64,000 bases of DNA from Candidatus Eiseniibacteriota bacterium (lineage in GTDB: Bacteria > Eisenbacteria > RBG-16-71-46 > CAIMUX01 > VGJL01), in the NCBI GenBank assembly GCA_963792585.1, contig CAWBWI010000001.1:1568001-1632000 (forward strand), in the 5' to 3' direction. Below the pieces are notes generated by a model. The model had not been told where the DNA came from. It saw only the letters and a program-made list of their open reading frames with translations, and made no database searches. Positions 47,485 through 63,179 of this stretch are shown piece after piece (the stretch's first letter is position 1; each line of letters opens with the position of its first letter). Made by a program: the position numbers and the translations under genes.

Positions 47485-48962
47485 ATGAGGCCGCGCCCCT
47501 CCGCGCACGACCATCGGATCGGATGTCCTTCGATCCCCGCGATTCTCTTCTTCCTTGCCCTTGCGTTCGTCCTCCACCCCTGCGCGGAAGCGGTCTCGTG
47601 GCAGGACGATGTCACCGTCAGTGACTACCCCATGTGGTCCTTGACGGGCCCGTCCGTCGCGACCGCCGAAGACGCCAGAACCCATATCGTCTGGTCCGAA
47701 CAGCTCGGAGAAGACATGGGGGACCAGGTCTTCTACCGCAGCGGATCCGGGAACGACTGGAGCCCGATCGTCCAACTCTCGAGCTCCTATGGGACATCGA
47801 ACCCTACGATCGTGGTGGACCGTGCGGGGCGAATCCACGTCGCATGGGCCGACTATGACGACGGACAGGCCGGCATCTTCTACCGCCGCCTCGAGGCCGG
47901 CGCATGGACGCCGGTCGTACGCCTGAACAACTACAACGGGCGCAATGCCGACCACCCGCGTCTCGCCGCCGATCCGGACGGGACCGTTCATCTCGTCTGG
48001 GACCAGGGGGATCTTATCCTCCGCCCGCCTACGCGGAGATCTACTACTCGCATTGGGACGGGACCACATGGACCGCGCAGGAGCCGCTGACGGAGGGGGC
48101 CAACATAGCGGTCGAGCCGGCGATCGCGGTCGCTGCGAACGGCGACGTCCACGTCCTCTGGCAGGACAACAGCACCGGGGTCGACCGCGCCCACCACCGC
48201 GAGCGCGTCGCGGGGGTCTGGTCGGCTGTGGCGGTGATCGGATCGGGAAGCGAACCGGTGCGTCACCCCGACATCGCCGTGAGCCCATCGGGTGGCGTCC
48301 ACGCGGTAATGGTGCGCGGCCAGTCCACCCAACGAGTGTGCTACTCGAGGCTCACCGGGACCGCGTGGCTGGAGCCGACGCCGCTCACATCGAATCCATC
48401 CGACTATCCGCGTATCGCGACCAGCCGGTGCGGCGACGCGCACTCGGACGTTCACATCGTCTGGCAGGAATATGCCGAGCCGGTGAGCGTCATCACGTAC
48501 ATGAACATCCACGGCCTCTCGTTCGGAGCCCCGGAGCCGATCACGGGCGGGACCGCTAATGCGGTCCACGCCGCGATCTCCGTGGATCCGATCTGCAATC
48601 TCGACGTCGTCTGGCAGGACAACCGCGAGAACACGTTCATGCAGGGCGTCTACTACATGCAGGGGATCGTCTCGGCGTCCGGGGTCGACGGCTTCGGGCC
48701 GGGGCGAATGACCGAAATCGTTTGCGCCCCCAACCCGTTCGACGAACGCGCGACGTTTCGAATGCCGACCGGCACGTCGGGGACGGTGCGAATCTTCGAT
48801 GCCGCGGGACGAATTGTCCGGTCCCTGGAGGTCGTTGGCGGAACGGGGCGCGAGATCGAGTGGGACGGTAGGAACGACGCCGGTGAGCCGCTCGGTCCGG
48901 GGGTCTACTTCTACCACCTCGACGGTACGCCCGAGGCCGGCCGCGTCGTCCGGCTCCGGTGA
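47485..48962 (+). CDS. Secreted repeat (beta-propeller-like) protein with FlgD-Ig CTD; apparent frameshift in G-run 48006-48010
   Basis: AAGGAGG RBS and signal peptide. Repeats P.I.....G.VH.VW..IYY...W. Tail PNPF...IFDAAGRIVR...WDGRNDAG..LGPGVYFY. Confidence 0.8.
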
Positions 48963-48978
48963 GGGGCCGGCGGCCCGG

Positions 48979-49311
48979 CTAGATGCCCATGCCGGCCAGA
49001 AGGTTGCAGATCTTGTTGACCACAGCGGTCAGACCGGGATGTGAGATCTCAAAGCCGGTCACCGACTCCTTGAGGCCCTCGCGGGAGATCTCCTGGAGTT
49101 TCGCCGACTTCTCCTCACGCGCCGCCTCGTGAGCCGCCGCCTCGGCGAACTGCGCGATGCTGCGCGCTCGATCGAGGTGCGATGCCGGGAGGGCGCGCAC
49201 CTCCGCCTTCAGTTGCTCGAGCAGGCGGATGAGTTCTTCCCTATGCTCCGGGCCGGTCTCACCGGCCCGCCGAATGGCCTCCTCGATCTTCGCGATAGTC
49301 TCGTCGATCAT
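48979..49311 (-). CDS. Small helical hypothetical protein (DUF4404-like)
   Basis: C-terminal FEISHPGLTAVVNKICNLLAGMGI; GGGAGG RBS. Confidence 0.75.
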   Translation of the reverse strand: MIDETIAKIEEAIRRAGETGPEHREELIRLLEQLKAEVRALPASHLDRARSIAQFAEAAAHEAAREEKSAKLQEISREGLKESVTGFEISHPGLTAVVNKICNLLAGMGI

Positions 49312-49434
49312 GACGTTCCCTCCCCGACGTTACTGCGCAACCCTCGAGCCCGGACCCCGCCCAGGCCATTGTATCCTCTCAGCGCCATGTGCGAAGCGGG
49401 AGTTCCCCGGTGCCGCACTCCCATTCTTCTGGGG

Positions 49435-50037
49435 TCAGGGGAGCCGGACCACCGAGAAGATCACGATCGCTTCGATCGGCACGTCCTGGAGCCCTCCGAC
49501 TGCGCGCGTCGGCGCCGCCACGATCGAATCGACGACGGCCATCCCCTCGAGCACCCGGCCGAAGACGGCATAGCCGTTCCCGTCCGGCCTGGGATAGTCG
49601 AGGTTCGGATTGTCCTTCACATTGATGAAGAACTGGCAGTTCGCGGAATTCGGATGGCTCGTGCGGGCCATGCCGATTGCGCCGCGCACGTTCTTCAATC
49701 CGTTCCTCGCTTCCAGAGCGATCGCGGGACGGATCGGCGGCTTGAGCGACATGTCTTCGGTATACCCGCCCCCCTGGACGATGAAGCTCGGGACGACACG
49801 GTGGAAGAGCGTTCCCGAGTAGAAGCCGTCATCCACGTAGGCAAGGAAGTTGGCAACGGTGATGGGCGCGCGCTCCGCGTCCAGTTCCAGGAGAAGGTTC
49901 CCCTTCGTCGTCGACATGCGCACCAGGATCGGTTCGGCCGTCGGCTTGGTGCCCTCGTCCGAGCAGCCGAGCGCCATGGCACCGATGAGCGCCACGACGC
50001 ATAGGAGCCTGCCCGTAGCGCTCCCGAGCCGCCGCAT
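49435..50037 (-). CDS. ppiA: Cyclophilin-type peptidyl-prolyl isomerase, lipoprotein
   Basis: Lipobox ALGC; APITVANFL, FHRVV, QGGG, GMART..SANCQFFIN, YAVFG. Overlaps the upstream stop. Confidence 0.92.
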   Translation of the reverse strand: MRRLGSATGRLLCVVALIGAMALGCSDEGTKPTAEPILVRMSTTKGNLLLELDAERAPITVANFLAYVDDGFYSGTLFHRVVPSFIVQGGGYTEDMSLKPPIRPAIALEARNGLKNVRGAIGMARTSHPNSANCQFFINVKDNPNLDYPRPDGNGYAVFGRVLEGMAVVDSIVAAPTRAVGGLQDVPIEAIVIFSVVRLP

Positions 50038-51617
50038 CACCCGGCCACCATGATCAGTGTGGCAACCGCCGTCATCAGGGTGATCAGGACGCTGATCAGG
50101 ATGGTGGTTCGCAATACTTTCCCCTCCTCGCCGATCCGGTCGATGATCGCCGCGGCGTTCTGCAGCTTCGCGGGCGAGATCACCGATGCCAAGCCTCCGC
50201 CGACTCCCCCGGCCGCGGCCAGGAGCAAGCCGACCGTGATCGGCTTGCCGAGCGCGGCGGCCGTCTCCGTGTGAAAGCGCGAGAGCATGGCGATAGCGCT
50301 GGTCTCCGATCCCGAGATGAATCCTGCGAGCAGCCCCAGGTACGGGGCCGCGAGTCCGTATGCGGGCCCGAAGGTCGCCGCGGCGGCCGCCGCCACCACG
50401 TGGATCATGTTCCGCGAGGCATCGGCAAGCTGCCACGCTGCGTTCTTTCCCGAATGGTCGATGACGAGGGCGATCGCGAAGTATATCGCCGCAGCGAGCA
50501 TCGGACGCGGCGCGCGCTTCGCCGTCTTCGAGAGGATCGTCCTCCACCCGGCCGCCGATGGTCTCAGAAAGGCCACGGCGACGATCGTCGAGACGAGCAC
50601 CCATGTGTATGCCTGCCAGAGGAAGCGCGTCGCCGTGGGCCGACCGGGGATGATCGGGATTGCCATCGGGAGCTTCTCGAAGAGCAGGTGGAAGAAGGGA
50701 AGCGCCTTGAGATTGACCAACGTGGCGAAGATGAGGAGAAAGATCCAGGGGCTCACCGCGCGCGCGAGTCCAAGTCCCGTCTTGATCCGCCGATCCTCAT
50801 CGGTCAACCCCGCCTCACCGTAGACCGGCCGGCGGCGGACGACCAGAACGAGCGCGATCACCAGGATGATCGCGGCCCCCGCGACGATCCCCGTCAGCGG
50901 CACGAGGTCGGCTGCGGCCATCAGATAGCAGCCGAGCCCGGCCACGGCTCCGGTCAAGAGCGCGGGGACGAGGCCGCGCAAGACCATCCGCCACCGTCCC
51001 ACGATCCAGAGCATCCCGAGGGCGATCCCGGTCGTCACGAAGGGAATGAACCGGGCGAAGAGCATCCCGGAATCCCGCAGCGTGAGCGTCATCCCCGCCG
51101 CCTTCGCGATCGGACCCAGCACGTCCGTGAAGACCACGGCCGGAATGGCAAGCAACGCGTAGGTGCAAAGCGAGTCGTAGCCGATCGCCGGGAGAGCGAT
51201 CGAGACGAAACTCGAGTAGCCGAGCGCCATCATGATCGGCGGCAGGATCGAGACGGGCGTGGCGCCGAGCGCGGTGACCAGCGTCCCGAAACCGACGTTG
51301 ATCATGAGGATCTGCGCGATCCGGTCCTCGGGCGAGACCGCCTTCATGGCAACGACGATCCGCCGCACCGCGCCCGTCTCCATCATGAAGGTCATCTGGA
51401 AGATGCTCGCCCCCACCATCAGGCTGATCGGGAAGGAGGAGACGATTCCGGCCATCGTCGCCCCCATGACAACCTTCGGCGCGGTGTGGAAGTAGAGGGT
51501 CGCCACGACGACTGTGACGACCCATCCGATCAACCCGGCGACGTCGGCGGCGGTGCGGCGCAGGAGTAGGAGCAGGAAGACCACCAGGACGGGACTTACG
51601 GCCAGAAGAACGCTCAA
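50037..51617 (-). CDS. L-lactate permease (LctP/GlcA family)
   Basis: Highly hydrophobic 526 aa; GATPVSILPP, GFISGSETS, GGGLASVISPAKL; TTG start after GAGGAGG. Confidence 0.82.
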   Translation of the reverse strand: MSVLLAVSPVLVVFLLLLLRRTAADVAGLIGWVVTVVVATLYFHTAPKVVMGATMAGIVSSFPISLMVGASIFQMTFMMETGAVRRIVVAMKAVSPEDRIAQILMINVGFGTLVTALGATPVSILPPIMMALGYSSFVSIALPAIGYDSLCTYALLAIPAVVFTDVLGPIAKAAGMTLTLRDSGMLFARFIPFVTTGIALGMLWIVGRWRMVLRGLVPALLTGAVAGLGCYLMAAADLVPLTGIVAGAAIILVIALVLVVRRRPVYGEAGLTDEDRRIKTGLGLARAVSPWIFLLIFATLVNLKALPFFHLLFEKLPMAIPIIPGRPTATRFLWQAYTWVLVSTIVAVAFLRPSAAGWRTILSKTAKRAPRPMLAAAIYFAIALVIDHSGKNAAWQLADASRNMIHVVAAAAAATFGPAYGLAAPYLGLLAGFISGSETSAIAMLSRFHTETAAALGKPITVGLLLAAAGGVGGGLASVISPAKLQNAAAIIDRIGEEGKVLRTTILISVLITLMTAVATLIMVAG

Positions 51618-51670
51618 CTACATCCTCCTCTCGCCCCTCGGCCTCGAGGGGGAGGACCGGCCTCTCCCCA

Positions 51671-52933
51671 CTAGAACCTCGCGGTGACCTGCCAGCGTGC
51701 GTACCAAGCCTTGTTGCTGCAGTCGCAGTAGAAATCACCGGGATCGAACGACTCGCCGAGGATCTGGCCGGTGAGCCCGGCGCCGAGATCCAGGTTCACT
51801 TGCCCCGCAACCAGGATGCCGCGCTCCTTGCCCGTCCCCGTTCCCGTATTCTCGACCGCCAGGAACCGCGTCACCCGCACCGCGATGCGGGCCCGCGAGA
51901 CGGGGACGACACGCCCCTCGATCCAGAGGGCGTTCATGTTCGTCCAGGTGCCGACGTCGTCGAGGGGGATGCGCGTCAACCCGTCCGACACCGTGTAGAC
52001 AAATCCCTCGGAGTACTTGGGCCAGTCGGAGTAGAAGCCGTCCCAGCCTTCGAAGCGTTCGGTCTTCGGATCGTCCCCGGAGAGATAGACGTTACCCACC
52101 TCGATCCCCAGGCGATGGGCTTCGTCCACGGTATAGCCGGCGCGGGCGTATCCCCCGAAGGCGCGTTCGGAGACTTCACCAAAATCCCCCACCTGGTATG
52201 CCCCCTCGGCGGCAACGTGAAACCCGGTGTCAGGGAGGCGCGCGAGGCGACCGCCGATCGCGGTCGTCTTGCGTTTGGGGTGGATGATCTCGGGAAGGCT
52301 GAGCCCCGGCCCGAGGGCGACCGAGGCCCGCTGATTCCGGTGGAGAATGTACAGTTCCCCCGGGTCCCGTTTGGCATAGAGCCCGTGGAAGTCCTCATCG
52401 TTCGATCCCGGCGCGAATCCGGTCTCGGCGATCTTGGACATGAAGAGATCGAACTTGGCTTTCGACGTCTCATCGCTCCAGGTTGCCACGCCCGCGTCGA
52501 AGAAGGCGGTCGAGGACCCATCCGCGGGGGTGCCGTCGAAGACGAGGAATCCTTCGCCGTACTGCAGGTCCTGACGCCCGAAGCGGACGCTCAGCCCTTC
52601 GGCGATGCGGATGTCGGCCCACGCGTTGTCGATGCCCATCTTGACCTCGGCATCGCGCGTCCCGGAGACCTTCTCGCCCCGTCCCCAGCGGTACTCATCT
52701 GTCAGACGGAAGAACACGCGGACGCCGTCGCGCGGCTTCCCGTCGATCCAGAGCCGAGGTCGCAGCCGATAGAATGTGAAGTTGTCGGAACGACTATCGG
52801 TCAGATCGAGTACGTTGTCGAACCCCTCGCCGCGCACGCGAAGGTCCCCACCGACAAGGACCTTCGAATCTTCCGCCTGCGCAATCGTCGCGAGAAGGAG
52901 CATGGCAAGGCCCAACCCAAGCCGTCCGCGCAT
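51671..52933 (-). CDS. Outer-membrane beta-barrel, alginate export (AlgE-like) family
   Basis: Signal peptide, GGDLRVRGE, RFGRQDLQYGEGFLV, EGAYQVG, YLSGDD, C-terminal Phe. Confidence 0.75.
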   Translation of the reverse strand: MRGRLGLGLAMLLLATIAQAEDSKVLVGGDLRVRGEGFDNVLDLTDSRSDNFTFYRLRPRLWIDGKPRDGVRVFFRLTDEYRWGRGEKVSGTRDAEVKMGIDNAWADIRIAEGLSVRFGRQDLQYGEGFLVFDGTPADGSSTAFFDAGVATWSDETSKAKFDLFMSKIAETGFAPGSNDEDFHGLYAKRDPGELYILHRNQRASVALGPGLSLPEIIHPKRKTTAIGGRLARLPDTGFHVAAEGAYQVGDFGEVSERAFGGYARAGYTVDEAHRLGIEVGNVYLSGDDPKTERFEGWDGFYSDWPKYSEGFVYTVSDGLTRIPLDDVGTWTNMNALWIEGRVVPVSRARIAVRVTRFLAVENTGTGTGKERGILVAGQVNLDLGAGLTGQILGESFDPGDFYCDCSNKAWYARWQVTARF

Positions 52934-52982
52934 GACGCCCCCCATGGCCCGGGCGCTGGACGCGCCCGCCGCCGTCATCCCA

Positions 52983-56741
<3,759 letters not shown>

Positions 56742-56774
56742 TGTCCGTCCACCTCTCCCCTTGTCCCCTCGGCC

Positions 56775-58552
<1,778 letters not shown>

Positions 58553-58556
<4 letters not shown>

Positions 58557-59040
58557 TGATGCAGCCACCTCTTCACCGGTCTTGCGGTACATCCGCAGGA
58601 TCTTCTTCAGATCCGCCGGCTTCAGGTTCCCGTGCGTCGTCGCTGTTGACCATGATGACCGGCGCCAGACTGCAGCATCCGAGACAGGAGACCGTCTCCA
58701 GGGTGAAGAGCTTGTCGGGCGTCGTCTCGCCGTTGCCGATCTTCGAGATGCGTCCTCGAGCGCCTTGGAGATCGCGTTCGCGCCGCTCACGTGGCAGGCG
58801 GTTCCGTGGCAGACGCGGACGATGTTCTTGCCGACCGGATGGAGGCGGAACTGGGAGTAGAAGGTCGCCACGCCGTAGATCTGCGCGAGCGGGATCCCGT
58901 GCTTCTTGTGGATCTCGAGGATCCGCTCCCGGCTGATGTAGCCGTCCTCCTCCTGCGCCTTCTGGAGAGCGGGGATCAGGACCCCGCGCTCGCCCTGCGT
59001 AGTGCAGGTTCTTGAAGTCGAACTTGCGGTGCGCTTCCAT
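58553..59040 (-). CDS. NuoE/HydC-type [2Fe-2S] subunit (StnA-like), frameshifted; end uncertain
   Basis: [43 protein letters not shown]. Confidence 0.88.
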
Positions 59041-59116
59041 CGATACACTCCTCGCGCGGTTTTCGGAAACGGCCGTTATCTGCACCCCGCCAAGACGCCC
59101 ACGCCCGCGCGGCGGG

Positions 59117-59519
59117 CTAGTCGTACGGGGTTTCGAACATCTTGTTCATGAGGCTCATCATCTGGTCGATGTCGCCGACGCCGCCCAGCGCGTGCCCCTT
59201 GCAGCCGCGGCGCGAGCAGAACTCGACGTAGCCGCCCTGCTTCAGATTCAGCGAGGCCATCGGCGCCCCGCAGAGCTTGCAGGCCAGCGGCAGCATGATG
59301 CTCGCGTCGCACTTCGGGCAGCGGAACTCGACGACCGCTCCCTCCGGGATGTCGAGGTCGGATCTCCAGGCTGTAGTCGCCGAAGACCGCGCTCAGATAG
59401 ATCTCGCCGTCCCGGTGGGCGTCCTTCAGGTTTCCGTCGAGGTGGACCCGCGTCCCCTCGGTCAACAGCTCGCCGCATTGGGGGCAGCTGAGCTGGAGGA
59501 CCAGCATGTGCTTGCTCAT
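59117..59519 (-). CDS. Cys-rich hypothetical protein (probable metal-binding), one indel near 59360
   Basis: CPQC...YLSAVFGDY, then in the corrected frame [21 protein letters not shown]. Overlaps the upstream stop. Confidence 0.7.
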
Positions 59520-60814
59520 TGGCCCCTTCCTTCAAGGCTGGATTGATCCTTCTGCAGTTGATCGATTTTGACGAAGACACAACGTTCCAGCGTCGCCTCA
59601 CCGCGGACGATGTCCTCGGCGAGCGTCGCGCAATCCGGGGCGCCGCAGGCGGCGCAGTCTTTTCCGGGAAGCCGGCCGCGGATCGATTCCTCCTCCCGCT
59701 TTCGCTGGATCGCCTCGCGCAGGTCGCGCGTCGGGCGGCGGAAGGCGCGGGCGGTGATGTCCGCTTCCAGGTCGAAGAAGTGCTCGCGCAGGAGGGAACG
59801 GACCTGCTCCTCCTTCACCGACGGTTGATCGCCGAGGCGGTCGACGATCGCGGTGATATTACGCTGGGCGCCGTAGCGTCCCTCGATCACGAGCTGCCCG
59901 CTGACGCAACCGTCGGGGCAGATGTAGGCTTCGATGAAGTCGACGCTCTGGAACTTCCCGGCCTCGATGTGGTCGAAGACGAACTGGATGTCCCGTACGC
60001 CGCGCACCGCCATCGTGTTCTTGTTCCGCATGCCTGCGATCTCGCCGCCGGACATCGCCCACAGGAGCCCTCGGGAGCTTATCCGCCCGGTCGGCTCGAC
60101 GGGCCCCAGGCTCTTGATCGCGTGCAGCAGCGGCCCGTAGATCTCGGAAATCGAGATCGCGCCGTCCAGGTACGACTGCTCCATCCCAACGGGATCGACG
60201 ATCGAGTTCATGATCGCGCTGCACGGGGTGATGAAGAAGAGGCCGATCTCGTCGGGCGCGAGACCGCGTTCGCTCGCGAGCTTACGACGCAGGAGCTTTG
60301 CCGCCAGTTCGCGGGCGACCTCGACCGGGACCAAGTTGTCGATCAGGTCGGGGTAGCGGATCTGCACGAGGCGCACGATCGCGGGACAGGTGACCGAGAT
60401 CTTCGGCCACGGCCCGTCGCACTCGGACAGGAAGGCGTCGGTGGCACCGGCCAGCATCTCGCACATCCATGAGATGTCGTAGGTGTCGTCGAAACCGATC
60501 GTGCTTGAGCGCGTGCCAGCACCTGCTCCGGATGAACGTCCCGGCCGAACTGGGCGTAGAGCGTCAGGGAGGGTAGGGCGACGGTGTACTTGAAACGCTT
60601 GAGGTCCGAGGACGAGGAGGTCTTCGCGCGCACCGCCTCGAACCGGCAGGCGCGGATGCAGGCTGCCGCAGTCGATGCAGAGATCGCCGTTGACGACCGC
60701 GCGTCCGTCGCGGCACCCGGATCGCCTTCGTCGGACACGCCTTGCTGCAGTCGACGCAGCCGACGCAGTCGGCCTCCGACGATCAGGATCGAGTGGGATC
60801 GCGGGCGTCATCAA
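59516..60814 (-). CDS. [FeFe]-hydrogenase-fold Fe-S protein (HydS/group C-D-like, probably regulatory), frameshifted N-terminus
   Basis: N-terminal ferredoxin (CIDCG..CIRAC); ISVTCPAIVRL, FITPCSA, EAYICPDGCVSG; C-terminal LPGKDCAACGAPDC. Confidence 0.78.
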   Translation of the reverse strand: MMTPAIPLDPDRRRPTASAASTAARRVRRRRSGCRDGRAVVNGDLCIDCGSLHPRLPVRGGAREDLLVLGPQAFQVHRRPTLPDALRPVRPGRSSGAGAGTRSSTIGFDDTYDISWMCEMLAGATDAFLSECDGPWPKISVTCPAIVRLVQIRYPDLIDNLVPVEVARELAAKLLRRKLASERGLAPDEIGLFFITPCSAIMNSIVDPVGMEQSYLDGAISISEIYGPLLHAIKSLGPVEPTGRISSRGLLWAMSGGEIAGMRNKNTMAVRGVRDIQFVFDHIEAGKFQSVDFIEAYICPDGCVSGQLVIEGRYGAQRNITAIVDRLGDQPSVKEEQVRSLLREHFFDLEADITARAFRRPTRDLREAIQRKREEESIRGRLPGKDCAACGAPDCATLAEDIVRGEATLERCVFVKIDQLQKDQSSLEGRGQ

Positions 60815-60830
60815 TTGCCGGTCCTGCCTT

Positions 60831-61265
60831 CTAGCTCAAGAAGACGGCGTAGCGGAGCGTGGTGCCTACGCCGACCGTCCGAGTCGATTTCGAACTCGTC
60901 GCTGTTGCGCTTGATGTTCGGCAAGCCCAAGACCTGCTCCGAAGCCGCGCTGCCCGCATCTCGGGAGTCGCCGTCGAGTAGCCTTCCTGCATCGCCAGGT
61001 CGATGTCCGGAATTCCCTGCCCGCGGTCGGTCAATGATCACCCGCACCGCATCGGCGAGGACCTGCAGTTCCAGCTCCGCCTCGTCGCGCGTACATGATC
61101 ACGTTCATCTCCGCCTCGAAGTTCGCGATCGAGAGCCGACGGATCGCGTCGGAGGAGATGCCGAGCTCCTTGAGGATCGCCTTGACGCGCGCCGCGACCT
61201 CGCCGCCGCGCTCGAAGTCGTCGCCTTGTGATCTTGAACTTCTCCGAGTAGAGGATCTCGCTCAT
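60831..61265 (-). CDS. RsbT/RsbW-like anti-sigma Ser/Thr kinase, frameshifted
   Basis: FEAEMNVIMY, DRGQGIPDIDLAMQEGYSTA, GLPNIKRNSDEF, VGVGTT. Confidence 0.82.
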
Positions 61266-61282
61266 CGTCCTCCGCGGGCCGC

Positions 61283-61642
61283 TCATTCCTTGCTGGACGG
61301 AAGCAGCCCCTTGCCGTACAGGACTGGCCGCACGCTTCGAACATCGTCGAGCTTCGTCGTCAGCAGCGGGATGCCCCGCTCGCCCGCGAGGTCGATGACC
61401 GGCTGGCGGCGGCCGCTTGCCGTTCACGTAGAGGATCGGCGCTCAAGTCGGCGACATCGGCCGTGTGCACCGACTGTATGTTCGTCAGCCCGGTCAGCAG
61501 GAGCGCGCCCGGCTCCGCAGAAGGCGAGCACCTCGCTCATCAGGTCCGCCGCGAAGCACGAGGCGACCTCGAGCGACGGACAGATGGTCGTCTCGTCGAT
61601 CGCCTCGCAGCCCAGAAGCTCGATCACATCGGTCAGGAGCAT
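61283..61642 (-). CDS. DRTGG domain protein, frameshifted
   Basis: CFAADLMSEVLAF, LLTGLTN, MFEACG.LY in the corrected frame. Confidence 0.78.
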
Positions 61643-61675
61643 TGCCGGCTTCGGGCCCGATAGGCCCGCGCGGAC

Positions 61676-62007
61676 CTAGCGGATCCCCGCCTCGTACAGC
61701 CCGCGTCGCCACCTGCCAGCGGTTCAGATTCGTCGAGAAGATCGTGATCTCCGCCTTCTCCGCCATCTTCACGACGTCTTCGGTCGGCAGTCTTCCCCTG
61801 CGTGACGATGATCCCGCAGATGTCGACGAGGTTCGCGGCGGCGATCACGTTGTTGTGGATCTGCACCGTGACGAGGAGGTTCCCGGCCTTCGCGTTGGCG
61901 ATGACGTCGCTGACCATGTCGGAGATGTAGACCCCGGTGACGTCCCGCTCGAAGACCTTCGTGACGCCCTTCAGTTCCAGCTTCTCGGCGAGTTCCTGCA
62001 GTTTCAT
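61676..62007 (-). CDS. DRTGG domain protein, frameshifted
   Basis: REVTG-like RDVTGVYISDMVSDVIA, LVTVQIHNNVIAAA; AGGAGG RBS. Confidence 0.8.
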
Positions 62008-62034
62008 TCGATTCGATCTCCTCCTGGTTGCGGT

Positions 62035-62577
62035 TCAGCCAGCCTCTTCCATCGACGTCAGACCGAAGTCGATCATGATCTCACCGTACGACACGGCCTT
62101 GTACAGGCCGAACAAGTCGGGCAGGATCAGGATCTTCTTGTCCGCGGCTTCGCAGCCGCTCGTTGAAGGTCGCGTTGAGAATCGTGATCTTCTCCGGAGC
62201 AGATGTTGATCCGCGATCCGTCCGGCGCCTCGTAGGTGATCGCGATGTAGATCGAGATCCGGTTCTCGTGGGCGATCTCCCCGATCCGGTGGATGTCGCT
62301 GTCCGGGTTCGTGCACGCCGTAGTAGAGCAGCCCCAGCAGCTCGCGGAAGTGGATGATCTCGCCCGTCTCGTCGTCGCGGATGTCGAACTGGAACGACTG
62401 CGCCATGCCCGAGTACTTCCAGATGTGGTTGCCCTCGCGGTACTCCTCCTTGGGCGGCACCGGTTCGGCCGAGAAGTACGACCGCACGTTGCGACTGAAG
62501 AGATCCCGCTCGACGATCACATAGCCGGGCTGGACATTGACCATCTCGTAACGGTGCTTCGCGGATTCGCTCATCAT
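62035..62577 (-). CDS. Hypothetical protein, first gene of the redox operon, internal indels
   Basis: Strong coding-like codon bias; NVQPGYV..SYFS..EEYREGNH.W..AQSFQFD..LLGLLY. Confidence 0.65.
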   Translation of the reverse strand: MMSESAKHRYEMVNVQPGYVIVERDLFSRNVRSYFSAEPVPPKEEYREGNHIWKYSGMAQSFQFDIRDDETGEIIHFRELLGLLYYGVHEPGQRHPPDRGDRPREPDLDLHRDHLRGAGRIADQHLLRRRSRFSTRPSTSGCEAADKKILILPDLFGLYKAVSYGEIMIDFGLTSMEEAG

Positions 62578-62807
62578 GCTCCGCCCCCCGAGGTCTCGGC
62601 CTCGCGACACAGATCTCCCTGCGGCGGGTCCTGTGGGTTCTGGAGAGGTAACGACTTGTAGCTCATAGAGTTTGACGCCCGTCACCCACCCATCACCATC
62701 CTCTGGAAGCCTAACACCCACGCGCACGCGCCCGCAATCCGGGAATCACTTCTTTTGCCATTAGTTAGCGTGATATATAAGTGAAACTGGAACACCCCCG
62801 CGGCCCG

Positions 62808-63179
62808 TCATCCACCGTTCCTATCGGCAGGGCGGGAGCGCAGCCGCACAACGGTTGCGCCCCAGCCCGAAGCGTCGAGCGCATCGCCAAAGGTCACCAC
62901 GGCGGGGTGCTTCTCCAGGATGCCGCGGACGATGGACCGCTGCACGCCGATCCCCTTGCCGTGGACGATCCGGACCTGCTCGATCCCCTCCCGAACGGCC
63001 TCGTCCAGGAACTCGACGACCACGGAGGCGACTTCCTGGGGGCGGAAGCTGTGCAGATCGAGGGTGTCCGAGGGACCGAGGACGATCACCTCTTCAAGGG
63101 AAGGATCGGGGATCCCTGCGGTTGTCGGCGGGGCCGCGCCGCGGCCGAAGATCCCGCGCAGCCAATGAAGGAATCCCAT
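62808..63179 (-). CDS. Small Smr/MutS2-domain protein
   Basis: TLDLHSF, VRIVHGKGIGVQR, SGWGATVV. TGATG coupling to the upstream gene. Confidence 0.88.
   Translation of the reverse strand: MGFLHWLRGIFGRGAAPPTTAGIPDPSLEEVIVLGPSDTLDLHSFRPQEVASVVVEFLDEAVREGIEQVRIVHGKGIGVQRSIVRGILEKHPAVVTFGDALDASGWGATVVRLRSRPADRNGG

Noticed and set aside
48006..48010. Phase variation or programmed frameshifting at short homopolymers (also 19675-19677 and 22072-22076)
   Set aside because: Runs of only 3-5 nt in an assembly with widespread indels; sequencing error is the simpler explanation.
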